Part shown: one piece after another, positions 39,001 to 48,277 of the stretch
Position numbering within the stretch: the stretch's first letter is position 1
Layout: each line of letters begins with the position of its first letter
DNA from: Bacteroidales bacterium
GTDB lineage: Bacteria > Bacteroidota > Bacteroidia > Bacteroidales > UBA932
Assembly (NCBI GenBank): GCA_022648545.1
Contig: JALCMP010000005.1
Location: 11,738-75,737, forward strand
Length of the DNA: 64,000 bases
Direction of reading: 5' to 3'
Made by a program: the position numbers and the translations under genes
Notes under the pieces: model-generated
Told to the model about the DNA's origin: nothing
Databases searched by the model: none
The model's input: only the letters and a program-made list of their open reading frames with translations

Positions 39001-39463
39001 TACCGATTTCGAATTGCTCATACCAAGCTCGTATATTCCTCAAACAGCCGAGAAAATACGTCTGTACAAAGAGTTGGACTCAATGGAAAACGAGAAGGAT
39101 ATTATAAAATTCAGGGATGATCTTTCAGACAGATTCGGACCTTTGCCAGAACAGGTAGAGCAATTGACATATATAGTAAGATTGAGACATGATGCGGTAA
39201 GACTGGGATTTGAAAAGATAATTTTGAAGAATGGCATAATGCTTGATTATTTTGTGTCCAATCAGGAATCTCCGTACTATAAGAGCAGTGTTTTTTCCGG
39301 TATTCTGAATTTTGTAAACGGGCATCCCAACGATTTTCTTGTAAAACAGCAGCACGGAAAATTATTCCTCAGGAGTGAAAATATAAATAATGTACGAAAG
39401 GCTTATGAAATAGTCCATTCCATGTATAATGCAATGAATGATATAAAACAGGAGATATTATGA
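36065..39463 (+). CDS. mfd: Transcription-repair coupling factor
   Basis: UvrB-homology N-terminal region, RNAP-interacting domain (YVVHINYGVGVF), helicase motifs GDVGFGKTE, DEEQKFG, TATPIPRTL and QLRGRVGRS, and a TRCF C-terminal domain. Length is 1132 aa. Confidence 0.95.
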   Translation: MQKEGLEGRFASQKSQEELVNFIKDKKLKNAVVTGLYGSSGAVAVSCAIKSVGKGVFIIISENREEARYFTNDLYNMLGEDSVFFFPASGEKPGKISSIRDSSRKVQRAATLDAVKEKAAGGFKDPLVVVTYPESIAEKVPGIENINGMVINVFKGKEIKFDQFCEKLENAHFERVDFVGEPGQFALRGGIIDVFSYSDDRPYRIDFFGNIVDSIRYFDIESQHTVSEVEKVEIFPNIFDNNTDDSKVSFFEYAGNNCTVVLDNVSDILGSDFEDQMDEIGNRKKLFLENISVTAYKDFFSSIGNDFIKIRFETSLQPKFNKNFEFLQNDVKEKVDKGYEVFISSDNPKQIERLKSIFSYNEGKSDVSVPRFREIPKSFEGGFVDKSSGICLYTDHQIFDRYQKVKIKREVERSERLTLNELSEYKIGDYVVHINYGVGVFGGLVNTKVNGKIQEAIKLIYKDNDVVLVSIHGIHRISKYKSKDSAPPKIYRLGSGAWQNLKNKTKSKVKDIARDLIKLYAERRASKGFAFSPDNYMLEELESSFIFEDTPDQIKANQAVKEDMEKEYPMDRLICGDVGFGKTEIAIRAAFKAVCDNKQVAVLVPTTILALQHYNTFCSRLKDFPCNIELLSRVRNSSEVKEIFQKLDSGKIDIIIGTHKLLNKAVKFKDLGLLVIDEEQKFGVSAKEKLRHLKNSVDTLTLTATPIPRTLQFSLLGARDLSIINTPPPNRLPVQTEITGFDENNIRDIINFELERGGQVFFVHNKVSDIENIATMLGKICRGAKIVVGHGQMDPKILEKRLLDFISGDYDILVSTSIVENGIDIPNANTIIIDQGQNFGLSDLHQLRGRVGRSNVKAFCYLIVPPVSSLPDDARKRLKAIEAFSDLGSGFNIAMQDLDIRGAGNLLGGEQSGFIADMGFETYQKILSEAFSEIKQEEYGRELGNNDIKQRKADGNRKIFEDSLKEQNRGPFISDCYIDTDFELLIPSSYIPQTAEKIRLYKELDSMENEKDIIKFRDDLSDRFGPLPEQVEQLTYIVRLRHDAVRLGFEKIILKNGIMLDYFVSNQESPYYKSSVFSGILNFVNGHPNDFLVKQQHGKLFLRSENINNVRKAYEIVHSMYNAMNDIKQEIL

Positions 39464-40188
39464 AAAATTTTGTTATTGACGTAGGAAACTCCAATTGTAA
39501 GATAGCGTATGAAAAAGGCGGGATCCTAGAAGAAATAAGGAAAAGCGCCCAATTCAATATAGCTGATTTTATTATAAATAATCTTAAGGATGAAGAAGCC
39601 GATGTTATAGTTTTGTCAAATGTAAGGGAGGAAAACAAGATACTGGAAAGGAAACTTGCCGAATTTTGCCGTAAACTTGTTGTCCTGGGTCCCGAAACCG
39701 AGTTGCCTTTAAATTTAAGATATAAATTCGATGCAACTGAAATGGGGGGTGACCGTATTGCGGGGATATTGGGAATGGCAATGATGTTTCCCGGAGAAAA
39801 TTTATTAAAATTCGACTTCGGAACAGCTCTCACCGTGGATTTTTTGGATAAGTCCGACCTCGTTCTCGGAGGAAATATATCTCTGGGGTTCAGGAGCAGG
39901 TTCAGGGGCCTTAATAATTTTACAAAACGCCTTCCACTAATAATGCCGGACAAGACTTATCCCGAAATAGGAGTATCTACCAACAGTGCTCTGACGGCAG
40001 GAGTAGTTTTGGGTATAATATTTGAGATAGAGGGTTATATAAATAGATATCCAGATTATAAAGTTGTTTTTACCGGGGGGGATTCGATTTATTTTGCTAA
40101 AAAAATGAAAAGTCCCATCTTTGTAGTTCCTAATCTCGTTATGATTGGATTAGCGCAAATTGCGGAATATTATGCAAATAAAAAATAA
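39460..40188 (+). CDS. coaX: Type III pantothenate kinase
   Basis: VIDVGNSNCKIA N-terminus, GGDRIAG, FGTALTVD and VVFTGGDS. There is an ATGA overlap with the mfd stop. Confidence 0.9.
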   Translation: MKNFVIDVGNSNCKIAYEKGGILEEIRKSAQFNIADFIINNLKDEEADVIVLSNVREENKILERKLAEFCRKLVVLGPETELPLNLRYKFDATEMGGDRIAGILGMAMMFPGENLLKFDFGTALTVDFLDKSDLVLGGNISLGFRSRFRGLNNFTKRLPLIMPDKTYPEIGVSTNSALTAGVVLGIIFEIEGYINRYPDYKVVFTGGDSIYFAKKMKSPIFVVPNLVMIGLAQIAEYYANKK

Positions 40189-41494
40189 GATAAGCGGCAT
40201 TATCCTTCTTTTGTCGTTGATGTTGATTGCCGTATCGTCTCAGGCACAGAATACGGACGCATTGGGGACGTATACACCTTATTCCCTTTTTGGAATAGGA
40301 GATCTGGCTAACGAGGGAACAAGCGTTAATTCGGCCATGGGAGGAATAGGGACTGGATTAAGGACAAGAAGGTTTATAAATTACCTTAATCCTGCTTCTA
40401 TAACGGAAAGGGATACCCTGTCTTTCATGATGGATTTCGGATTACTGCAAAGGAACATATATAATTCGGACGGTAATGTACATTCTGCATATAATACATA
40501 TAATATGCAAAATATAGTATTTACAGCTCCAATTTACAGGAAGTCTGCCATTATCGTAGGTATAGCTCCTTACAGCAATATCGGTTATAAGTTCGAATCC
40601 ACGGGGACTGATAAGGATCATGTACTTTCATACGGAGATATAAGATACAGGAAATACGGAGAAGGAAGTATAAATAATCTTTTTGTCGGCGGCGCAATGA
40701 ATTTTCTACATAATTTTTCATTCGGTGCGGAAATGGTCTATTATTTCGGTGCGCTCGACAGATATTCCAATATAGAATTCAATTCCGAAAGTTCGCTGAG
40801 AAATTTAGTTACAGGTTGGGATTATGCCGTAAATTCGGTTTCCGGACGTTTCGGTCTGCAATATTTCAATACTTTGAAAAAACGCAGGGATTTGAAATTT
40901 ACGGCCGGAATTTCCTATAGTCTGAAATCTAGACTGTCCGGGGACATGACACAATTTGCATATGCCGAAAATACTGCCGGGACTGATACGATAAGGCATA
41001 TTACCTATAATTCGAAGATGGAGATTCCCGGGAAAATATCGGTAGGCGTTTCCCTTAGCAAGATGGACACGTTATCGAGAACGGACATATGGACTTTGGG
41101 GTTTGATTATACCAGACAGGATTGGTCGAATTCTAATTTTCTGGCAACTCCAGGAGTGGATTTCAATCCGAACGTGGAATCTTCCTACAGATTGGGGTTC
41201 TCATATACTCCAAATATAAATGATATAAGATATTATAGAAAAAGGATGACATATCGTGTGGGAACATATTATAAAACATCCTATATAAGAGTGGGGAACA
41301 ATGACGTACATGCTTTCGGAATAACATTCGGAGCAACTTTCCCAATATCGAAAATAAATAATGTCATAAATTTTGCAGTGGATGTCGGACAGAGAGGTTC
41401 TACTAAAAACGGCATGATTAGAGAAAGATATGTTAACTTTGTACTGAATTTCAGTCTATACGATATATGGTTCATAAAACGCAAATACAGATAA
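40172..41494 (+). CDS. Predicted outer-membrane beta-barrel protein (porin-like, uncharacterised)
   Basis: Signal peptide ISGIILLLSLMLIAVSSQAQ, then about 420 aa of alternating aromatic/Gly-rich beta-strand-like segments (GFSYTP, YRVGTYY, FGITFGATFP). The ATG at 40172 is used because 40160 is TTG. Confidence 0.6.
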   Translation: MQIKNKISGIILLLSLMLIAVSSQAQNTDALGTYTPYSLFGIGDLANEGTSVNSAMGGIGTGLRTRRFINYLNPASITERDTLSFMMDFGLLQRNIYNSDGNVHSAYNTYNMQNIVFTAPIYRKSAIIVGIAPYSNIGYKFESTGTDKDHVLSYGDIRYRKYGEGSINNLFVGGAMNFLHNFSFGAEMVYYFGALDRYSNIEFNSESSLRNLVTGWDYAVNSVSGRFGLQYFNTLKKRRDLKFTAGISYSLKSRLSGDMTQFAYAENTAGTDTIRHITYNSKMEIPGKISVGVSLSKMDTLSRTDIWTLGFDYTRQDWSNSNFLATPGVDFNPNVESSYRLGFSYTPNINDIRYYRKRMTYRVGTYYKTSYIRVGNNDVHAFGITFGATFPISKINNVINFAVDVGQRGSTKNGMIRERYVNFVLNFSLYDIWFIKRKYR

Positions 41495-41520
41495 AAAAAT
41501 AAAAAACAATTAAAAGGATT

Positions 41521-42855
41521 ATGAAAAAGATAAGCATCGTTTTAAGTGTCTTTGTGTCTCTTATGCTTGTCGGTACTGTTTCCTTTGCACAGGGAAGATT
41601 TGGAAAAGATAGTGCCGATTGTGTAAATTACTTGAATTTTTACCGTGATTATTTCAGGCAGAAAAATTATAAGGAAGCTGCTCCTCTTTGGGCAAAAGCA
41701 TTGAAATATTGTCCTCCGACTGCCTCTCAGTACCTGTATATTCATGGACAGAAGATCCTTAAATACAAAATAGCTAATTATTCCGGGGCGCAGGAAGGGA
41801 AGGAAAAGCTTATAGATTCGCTGTTGATGTTAAGCCGTATACGTGCGGAATATTATCCGAAATATAAGGTAAAGGCAGAGGAAAACTATGTGTTTGATCT
41901 TGTTGAATATAGACCGGAGAACGATAGCCAAATATTTTCCGTGCTCGACAGCGTAATAAACGAAGCCGGAGAAGAGATAAATCCCGATATTCTTGTATTC
42001 AAAATGCAAAGAGCCATAAAAATGTACAAAAACAAGGAATTGGACGAGGATAAGGTAATAGACGTTTATGGCAAAATTTATCCGATAATGCAGAAACTTA
42101 CCCAAAAGGAAACCACGGGCAAGGTACGTGAGCATATATTGGCAGCCTCAAAAGTTCTCGACAATGCTTTTATAAGCAGCGGCGTAGCCTCCTGCGACAA
42201 TCTGGAAAAGATCTTCAAACCCAGGTTTGATGCGGCTGACGGCAATGCGGATATTATAAAGACAATAGCAAAAATACTGTCTGATAACAAATGTACCGAC
42301 AGTGATTTGTTCCTGAATGCGATAATGTCTCTCGACAGCCTGGAGCCTTCTTCTACCTCGGCTTATATGCTTTATCAGCTGAATAGTCAGAAGGGCCAGT
42401 TCAAAGAAGCAATGAAATATCTTGAAAAGGCAATCGAAACATCCACGGAAGGGGAGCAGAAAATAGGAGAGATGGCAATGGAACTGGCTTCATATGCATT
42501 TAAGAATGGAGATTTTACGAAAGCTTTTTCAACAGCCAGAAACGTCATTGACAAGTATCCGGCTGAAGAAGGCAAGGCCGATTATCTTATCGCTTCTATT
42601 TGGGCTAGTGCAAAATGCAATGGCAACGAAATAGAAAAACGAGCTAAGTACTGGGTTGCCGTAGACTATCTTGTAAAGGCGAAGAAGGCCGATCCAACAC
42701 TTGCCGACGAATGCAATAATCTTATACATGAATATTCAAGATATTTTCCAAAAACAGAGGATGCGTTCATGTATAATCTTACCGACGGGCAATCTTATAA
42801 GATCAACTGTTCGGGTATGTCCGCGTCCACTACGGTACGTACTATAAAGAAATAA
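41521..42855 (+). CDS. Secreted TPR-like repeat protein (uncharacterised)
   Basis: Signal peptide ending VSFAQG. Helical repeats with (K/N)YKEAxxxxxKA(L/I)(K/E) patterns occur at the N-terminus and again near residues 295-330 and 340-370. Confidence 0.6.
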   Translation: MKKISIVLSVFVSLMLVGTVSFAQGRFGKDSADCVNYLNFYRDYFRQKNYKEAAPLWAKALKYCPPTASQYLYIHGQKILKYKIANYSGAQEGKEKLIDSLLMLSRIRAEYYPKYKVKAEENYVFDLVEYRPENDSQIFSVLDSVINEAGEEINPDILVFKMQRAIKMYKNKELDEDKVIDVYGKIYPIMQKLTQKETTGKVREHILAASKVLDNAFISSGVASCDNLEKIFKPRFDAADGNADIIKTIAKILSDNKCTDSDLFLNAIMSLDSLEPSSTSAYMLYQLNSQKGQFKEAMKYLEKAIETSTEGEQKIGEMAMELASYAFKNGDFTKAFSTARNVIDKYPAEEGKADYLIASIWASAKCNGNEIEKRAKYWVAVDYLVKAKKADPTLADECNNLIHEYSRYFPKTEDAFMYNLTDGQSYKINCSGMSASTTVRTIKK

Positions 42856-43511
42856 TGTTTAGGGGCGACACCCATATTAAAAATACGGCTTTGGTAGCAA
42901 TCTTTTTAGGGATTGCTACCTTTGTCGTCTCTTGTGGGAACAACAGATACGATGGACGTAAAATGGATCTTAATGTTTCCCCAAGGCAGATAGTGAACGA
43001 TATGTCGGCAGTACAGACTAAAAACGGACATCTTGTAATGCGCATGAGTTCACCGCTCATGCAGCGTTTCAAGAACGATAGTACTGGTATTGCATATGAA
43101 TTGTTTACCGGAGGGTTCGATGTGTATGCCTATGACGACAACGGACTTTTGGAAACGAAGATCCATTCCGAAAAGGCAAAGCATGTTACCTCAGGAAAAA
43201 CCGAAAAATGGGAAGCCTACGGACAGGTTGTGGTAACAAATTTTCTAAAGGGCGAGACCATGGTTACCGACACTTTGTACTGGAACAGAGAAAAGAAAAA
43301 AATATTTACACCATGTTTCGTTAAAATGTATGATCCTGACGGTTTTATGCAGGGGTATGGAATGGAAAGCGATGAAATGGCCAGGAATGCATATATATTG
43401 CATCCTTTTGATAGTTACGGTATAGTAAGGGATTCCAATTCAGCGGCCAAGCCTTATTTGGATACTGTAAATTTCATCGGTCCGGTTTTAAACCGGAATG
43501 GTCTAAAATGA
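42855..43511 (+). CDS. LptC-like periplasmic LPS-export protein (lipoprotein or anchor)
   Basis: N-terminal anchor/lipobox FLGIATFVVSC, then a beta-jellyroll-like pattern (KAKHVTSGKTEKWEAYGQVVVTNFLKGETMVTDTLYWNREKKKIFT) resembling Bacteroidota LptC. The start overlaps the upstream stop (TAATG). Confidence 0.5.
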   Translation: MFRGDTHIKNTALVAIFLGIATFVVSCGNNRYDGRKMDLNVSPRQIVNDMSAVQTKNGHLVMRMSSPLMQRFKNDSTGIAYELFTGGFDVYAYDDNGLLETKIHSEKAKHVTSGKTEKWEAYGQVVVTNFLKGETMVTDTLYWNREKKKIFTPCFVKMYDPDGFMQGYGMESDEMARNAYILHPFDSYGIVRDSNSAAKPYLDTVNFIGPVLNRNGLK

Positions 43512-43512
43512 A

Positions 43513-44784
43513 ATGGTTCACGTTTACGACATAATAATAACGGTTGCGGCGCTTTTATTGTCGGCGTTGTTTTCTGCTTACGAAATAGCCTTTTTTTCCA
43601 GCAATAAGCTGAAAATAGAGATAGATCGCAAGAATAAGAAACGTTATGCCGTAGCAATGAATGAATTCATACAGAATCCCGACAAGCTCATCTCCAGCTT
43701 GCTGATGGGAAACAACGTTGCCCTTGTAGTTTACGGGATAGCTGTGGCAAGAATTTTCAATCCCGTAATAGCAAAATACATTACATCCTCCATTGGAGGG
43801 ATACTTGCGATAGAAACAATTTCCGCAACCATCATAGTCTTGATAACCGCGGAATTTCTGCCCAAGGCTCTGAGCCGCCTGAATCCAAACGGCGTTTTTT
43901 CGGCATTGTATATGCCGGTTATATTTTTTCACTGGCTGCTCTTTCCTCTTACATTTATTACATATAAGTTATCTTATTTCATAATGAGGGTTTTCGGACT
44001 TGGAGAAAAGAAATCGTTTTCCAGACATGTCTTTAATAAAAGCGATTTGATTCATCTTTCCTCGGAGATTTCTGCTAATCAAAGCGAAGGCGGACACAGT
44101 AATGATATGACCATATTCAGGAATGCGCTTAACTTCTCAGAAGTAAAAATAAGAGAATGCATGATCCCCCGGCCCGAGGTTGTTGCCATAGATATAGATA
44201 AATCCGTAAAATCATTGTTGAAACTCTTCGTGGATTCCGGATTCTCAAGGATAATGGTTTACGGCGAAAATATAGACGATATTATGGGATATGTTCATTC
44301 CAAAGATCTTTTAAAAAAGCATCCTTCAAGCATAAGGGAACTTATGCGTCCGATAGATTTCGTCTCCGAGGAAATGAGTGCCCAAAATCTGCTGGCTTTT
44401 CTTACCAAAAATAAAAAATCGGTAGCAGTGGTAAGGGACGAATTCGGAGGGACGGGTGGTATTGTTACTATGGAAGATCTTATTGAAGAAATTTTCGGAA
44501 ATATAGAAGACGAAATGGACAAGGAAGATCTTTTCGGAAAGAAAATATCTGATGGGGAATATATTTTTTCAGCAAGGAGCGAGGTGAAGGATGTAAACAG
44601 AAAATATAATTTACATCTCCCTGAATCAGATGATTATGAAACTATTGCTGGAATGCTTATATCACTTTGCGAAAATATTCCCAAGGAAAAGGATGTAATA
44701 AGAATAGCAAATATGAACTTTACGGTTTTAAAGACAGCCCGTAATCGCATAGAAAAGGTAGCATTAAAAATATCAGGCATATGA
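43513..44784 (+). CDS. CNNM/CorC/HlyC-family membrane protein (GldE-like: DUF21 + CBS pair + CorC_HlyC domain)
   Basis: Four N-terminal TM helices, CBS pair region (ECMIPRPEVVAIDID...; VAVVRDEFGGTGGIVTMEDLIEEIFGNIEDE) and a C-terminal transporter-associated domain. The start lies 1 nt after the upstream stop. Confidence 0.85.
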   Translation: MVHVYDIIITVAALLLSALFSAYEIAFFSSNKLKIEIDRKNKKRYAVAMNEFIQNPDKLISSLLMGNNVALVVYGIAVARIFNPVIAKYITSSIGGILAIETISATIIVLITAEFLPKALSRLNPNGVFSALYMPVIFFHWLLFPLTFITYKLSYFIMRVFGLGEKKSFSRHVFNKSDLIHLSSEISANQSEGGHSNDMTIFRNALNFSEVKIRECMIPRPEVVAIDIDKSVKSLLKLFVDSGFSRIMVYGENIDDIMGYVHSKDLLKKHPSSIRELMRPIDFVSEEMSAQNLLAFLTKNKKSVAVVRDEFGGTGGIVTMEDLIEEIFGNIEDEMDKEDLFGKKISDGEYIFSARSEVKDVNRKYNLHLPESDDYETIAGMLISLCENIPKEKDVIRIANMNFTVLKTARNRIEKVALKISGI

Positions 44785-44843
44785 TAAAAAATTGCTATCT
44801 TCGCTCCCTAAACTATTGAAATAAATTTAAATATTGATATAAA

Positions 44844-46940
44844 ATGGCAGTTTTAGAGAAGATACGTGTTAAAATGGGCGTTTTCGTATCGCTCCTTATC
44901 GGTTTGTCGTTGCTGGCGTTTATTCTGGATCCGGATACTCTGAGATCAACTTTGAGTATGTTTTCTTCAAAGAACGACGTCGGAGAAATGAACGGCAAGG
45001 GAATAAATTATCAGGATTATCAAAAGAAAGTGGAATTTTATTCCGACGTTTATCAGATGACTTCCGGAGGAGCTTCTTCGAATTCACAGACGCAGAAGAT
45101 GATAAACAATACCGCATGGCAGAACGAACTTGCTGAAAGAGTAATGATTCCCGCAGCCGAGAAAGCCGGCTTGTCCATCGGAGACGAAGAAAAACTGGAT
45201 ATGATTGAAGGGAAAAATGTCTCTCCGGTGCTGACGAATGAAATGTTCTTTAAGGATGAGAACGGAAAGTTCGACAGATCCAAGCTTGCCAAATTCATAC
45301 AGGCTGCACAACAGGATAATTCGGGCAATCTTGCAAAATACTGGTCTTTTCTGGAAGAAAATATGGTTAAGAATCTATATTATGAAAAATACCTGTCTCT
45401 TCTTAAAAACAGCGAATATATGCCTCCTTTCGAGCTTGCCAGAACGATACAGGAAAATAATACTACATATAGTGTTAGTTTCGTAATGCTTCCGTTCGGA
45501 TTTGCACCCGATACGACCATAAAGGTTTCTGATTCCGAAATAGAAAAATACTATTCTGAACATAAGAATGCTTTCCGTCAGCCTGCAAGCAGGGATGCCG
45601 AGTATGTAGTCTTTAAGGTAGTTCCTTCGGATGAGGATGATGCCGTAACTGAAAAATCCGTAAATAAGGTTTTCGATAAGTTCTCGGCTACTCCTGCAAG
45701 TGACATGAAACTATTCCTTGCCCACAATTCGGATCAGCCGTTTAATGATTATTATTATAAGAAGGGAGAATTAAAGTCGACATCTAAAGTTCTGGATGAT
45801 TTTGCTTTCTCTTCCAGGGAGGGTGAAATAATGCCGGTGACCAAAATCAAAAACTTTTATATGACGGCTAAGATAACGGATATAAGGGAAATGCCTGATT
45901 CCGTTTTTCTTAAACATATACTTCTTCAGGGTAAGGATGTTTCGAAGGCGGACAGTCTGGTAAATGTTCTTAAGCATGGCGGGAATTTTACAAAGCTTGC
46001 CGAGCAATATTCAGCCGATAAGAATACAAAAGTTGCTGAAATAGGAGATTTGGGATGGGTTACTGAAAATTATAACATCCCCGGATTCGAGAGTGTCTTT
46101 ACAGCTTCTAAGAACAGTCCCATGATATTGAAATCAAGATACGGAACCCATATCGTAGAAGTGGTAAAGGCAACGAAACCTTTGAAAAAAGTCCAGATGG
46201 CTTTGCTGGTAAGGGAATCCATACCAAGCAAACAGACTTATTCGGAATATTATTCCAGGGCTAATTCACTTGTAGTTGCAAGCAACGGTAAACTTGCCGA
46301 TTTCAGGAATGCCGTGCGTAAAGAAAAACTTGATATAATGCCGGTCGTAAGACTTCTTCCGTCTTCGCGTGAAATAAAAGGTTATGAAAATTCCAGCGAA
46401 GTAGCAAGATGGATTTTCGAGCATAAGCCGGGATCTGTTTCACCTATAATTACCATAGATAATAAATATTTCTTTGTTACCGCAGTTACCGGAATTCATA
46501 AAGAAGGAGTTGCCTCCTTAAATGAAATTAAAAGGCAGATATCGAATATAGTTTCCATGCAGAAGAAAGGCGAGAAACTTGCCGAGAGATGCAAGGATTC
46601 AGTTAAGAATGCCACCACTATAGAAGCAGTTGCGGAAAAACTCGGAACCACGGTAAACAAACAATCCGATATTACATTCGCTTCGCTGAATTCCAGACAA
46701 TTTGATCCTAAATTCGTAGGTGCGGTTGCAGCCGCTTCTCAGAACAAGCTGGAAGGACCTGTAGTAGGTCAAGTGGGTGTATATTTCTTTACTGTTACCG
46801 GTAAGGAAACAGGGGCTTTCTATACTGAAAAAGATGCAAAGCAGCAGCAGGCTCGTGATTTTGCAAATATGTCAAGATACGTTACTGCCGTGCTTGCAGA
46901 AGAAGCTCAGGTAAAGGATATGAGGTATAGATTTTATTAG
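44844..46940 (+). CDS. Periplasmic chaperone/peptidyl-prolyl isomerase, PpiD-like
   Basis: N-terminal anchor (MGVFVSLLIGLSLLAFIL), a SurA-N-like chaperone region and a parvulin domain (KHILLQGKD...GDLGWVTENY...YGTHIVEV). Length is 698 aa. Confidence 0.8.
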   Translation: MAVLEKIRVKMGVFVSLLIGLSLLAFILDPDTLRSTLSMFSSKNDVGEMNGKGINYQDYQKKVEFYSDVYQMTSGGASSNSQTQKMINNTAWQNELAERVMIPAAEKAGLSIGDEEKLDMIEGKNVSPVLTNEMFFKDENGKFDRSKLAKFIQAAQQDNSGNLAKYWSFLEENMVKNLYYEKYLSLLKNSEYMPPFELARTIQENNTTYSVSFVMLPFGFAPDTTIKVSDSEIEKYYSEHKNAFRQPASRDAEYVVFKVVPSDEDDAVTEKSVNKVFDKFSATPASDMKLFLAHNSDQPFNDYYYKKGELKSTSKVLDDFAFSSREGEIMPVTKIKNFYMTAKITDIREMPDSVFLKHILLQGKDVSKADSLVNVLKHGGNFTKLAEQYSADKNTKVAEIGDLGWVTENYNIPGFESVFTASKNSPMILKSRYGTHIVEVVKATKPLKKVQMALLVRESIPSKQTYSEYYSRANSLVVASNGKLADFRNAVRKEKLDIMPVVRLLPSSREIKGYENSSEVARWIFEHKPGSVSPIITIDNKYFFVTAVTGIHKEGVASLNEIKRQISNIVSMQKKGEKLAERCKDSVKNATTIEAVAEKLGTTVNKQSDITFASLNSRQFDPKFVGAVAAASQNKLEGPVVGQVGVYFFTVTGKETGAFYTEKDAKQQQARDFANMSRYVTAVLAEEAQVKDMRYRFY

Positions 46941-48277
46941 AACAGTCCCCTTATCATTATTACCGCAACTATCACCGGTGCTATATATTTGATCGTATAA
47001 TATACGCCGGTTACGTAAATTGGATTTATTTTCCTTTTTCCATTGTTTGAGAGGGCATTCGTTACGGTGCCCTTTTTCATTTTCCATCCTACGAAGATTA
47101 CCGTAAGAAGAGCCGTCGTGGTCATGAAAATATTGGAAGAAGAGAAATCGAATAGATCGAAGAGATCTTTTCCGAAAATATGGATATTTTTTAGCAATCC
47201 TTCCGAAAGGGAACAGAGTATGCCGGTTACCGTAATTACCGAAAGACAGATTTTAACGGCTGTTTTTCTTTTTATCTTAAATTCTTCGAGTATGAATGTT
47301 ACCGGAACTTCCAGAATTGAAATTGAAGATGTTATAGCCGCCAGAAAAATCGAAAAGAAAAATAAGGTTGCGAACAATGTTCCTAAGGGCATATGGCTGA
47401 AAATATACGGTAATGTAACAAATACCAGCCCGGGGCCCTGTGACGGTGAAATTCCGTATGCAAAAACGGCGGGCATTATTGCCATGCCTGCCAGTATTGC
47501 AAATAGAGTGTCGGCTGTTGCCGTATATATGCAGGTGGGGACCACGTAGCTTTTTTCTTTTATATATGAAGCATAGGTCAGCATCGTTCCGCATCCCAGA
47601 CTAAGAGAAAAAAACGATTGCCCTATGGCAGCAAGAAAAGTGTGCGGGGTAACTTTCGAAAAGTCGGGATAAAACAAAAATTTAAGACCTGCGCCTGCTC
47701 CCGGTAGTGTCATAGACCATATTGCTATGAACATTACCATTATAATAAGAAGCGGCATTATTATTTTCGAAAATTTTTCTATTCCGTTTTTTATTCCGCT
47801 TGTAACTACCCATCCGTTTAAAAACAGGTATAAAAAGAGGAACAGCAGAGGTTCGTATTTTCCGGATACGAAGTTTGTAAACATGGCCGAATAATCTGCC
47901 GACGGTGATTCCAGCTGCAGGGTAACGGCTTTTAAAAGATAATACAGCGACCAGCCTCCTACTACGCAGTAAAAGGAAAGTATCAAAAAAGGAGATATTG
48001 CTGCAAGGATTCCTACGATGCCCCAGTGGGATGACGGTGCCAGTTTTTTGAAAGCTCTGAAGGTATTGGCTTTGCTTATGCGCCCCACAAGATATTCGCT
48101 GAAAAATATAGGAAGAGTTATGAATATGATCAGTACGATGTATATTATGATGAAAGCCGCGCCTCCGTTTGTTCCTACGAGGTAAGGGAATCTCCACATG
48201 TTGCCTAGCCCTATGGCGGAGCCGGCCATTGCAACCAATGCACCGAACTGGCTGCCGAAACTATCGCGGTCGTTCAT
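46937..48277 (-). CDS. Sodium-dependent transporter, NSS/SNF family
   Basis: NSS signature AGSAIGLGNMWRFPYLVGTNGGAAF, about 11-12 TM segments and 446 aa. The start overlaps the folA stop (ATGA). Confidence 0.9.
   Translation of the reverse strand: MNDRDSFGSQFGALVAMAGSAIGLGNMWRFPYLVGTNGGAAFIIIYIVLIIFITLPIFFSEYLVGRISKANTFRAFKKLAPSSHWGIVGILAAISPFLILSFYCVVGGWSLYYLLKAVTLQLESPSADYSAMFTNFVSGKYEPLLFLFLYLFLNGWVVTSGIKNGIEKFSKIIMPLLIIMVMFIAIWSMTLPGAGAGLKFLFYPDFSKVTPHTFLAAIGQSFFSLSLGCGTMLTYASYIKEKSYVVPTCIYTATADTLFAILAGMAIMPAVFAYGISPSQGPGLVFVTLPYIFSHMPLGTLFATLFFFSIFLAAITSSISILEVPVTFILEEFKIKRKTAVKICLSVITVTGILCSLSEGLLKNIHIFGKDLFDLFDFSSSNIFMTTTALLTVIFVGWKMKKGTVTNALSNNGKRKINPIYVTGVYYTIKYIAPVIVAVIMIRGLF

Noticed and set aside
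40172-42855. The identical ORF-track length (444 aa) of the beta-barrel and TPR proteins, considered as a hint of duplication.
   Set aside because: The sequences are unrelated: one is beta-strand and aromatic-rich, the other helical TPR-like. After trimming the TTG start the barrel is 440 aa. The match is a coincidence.
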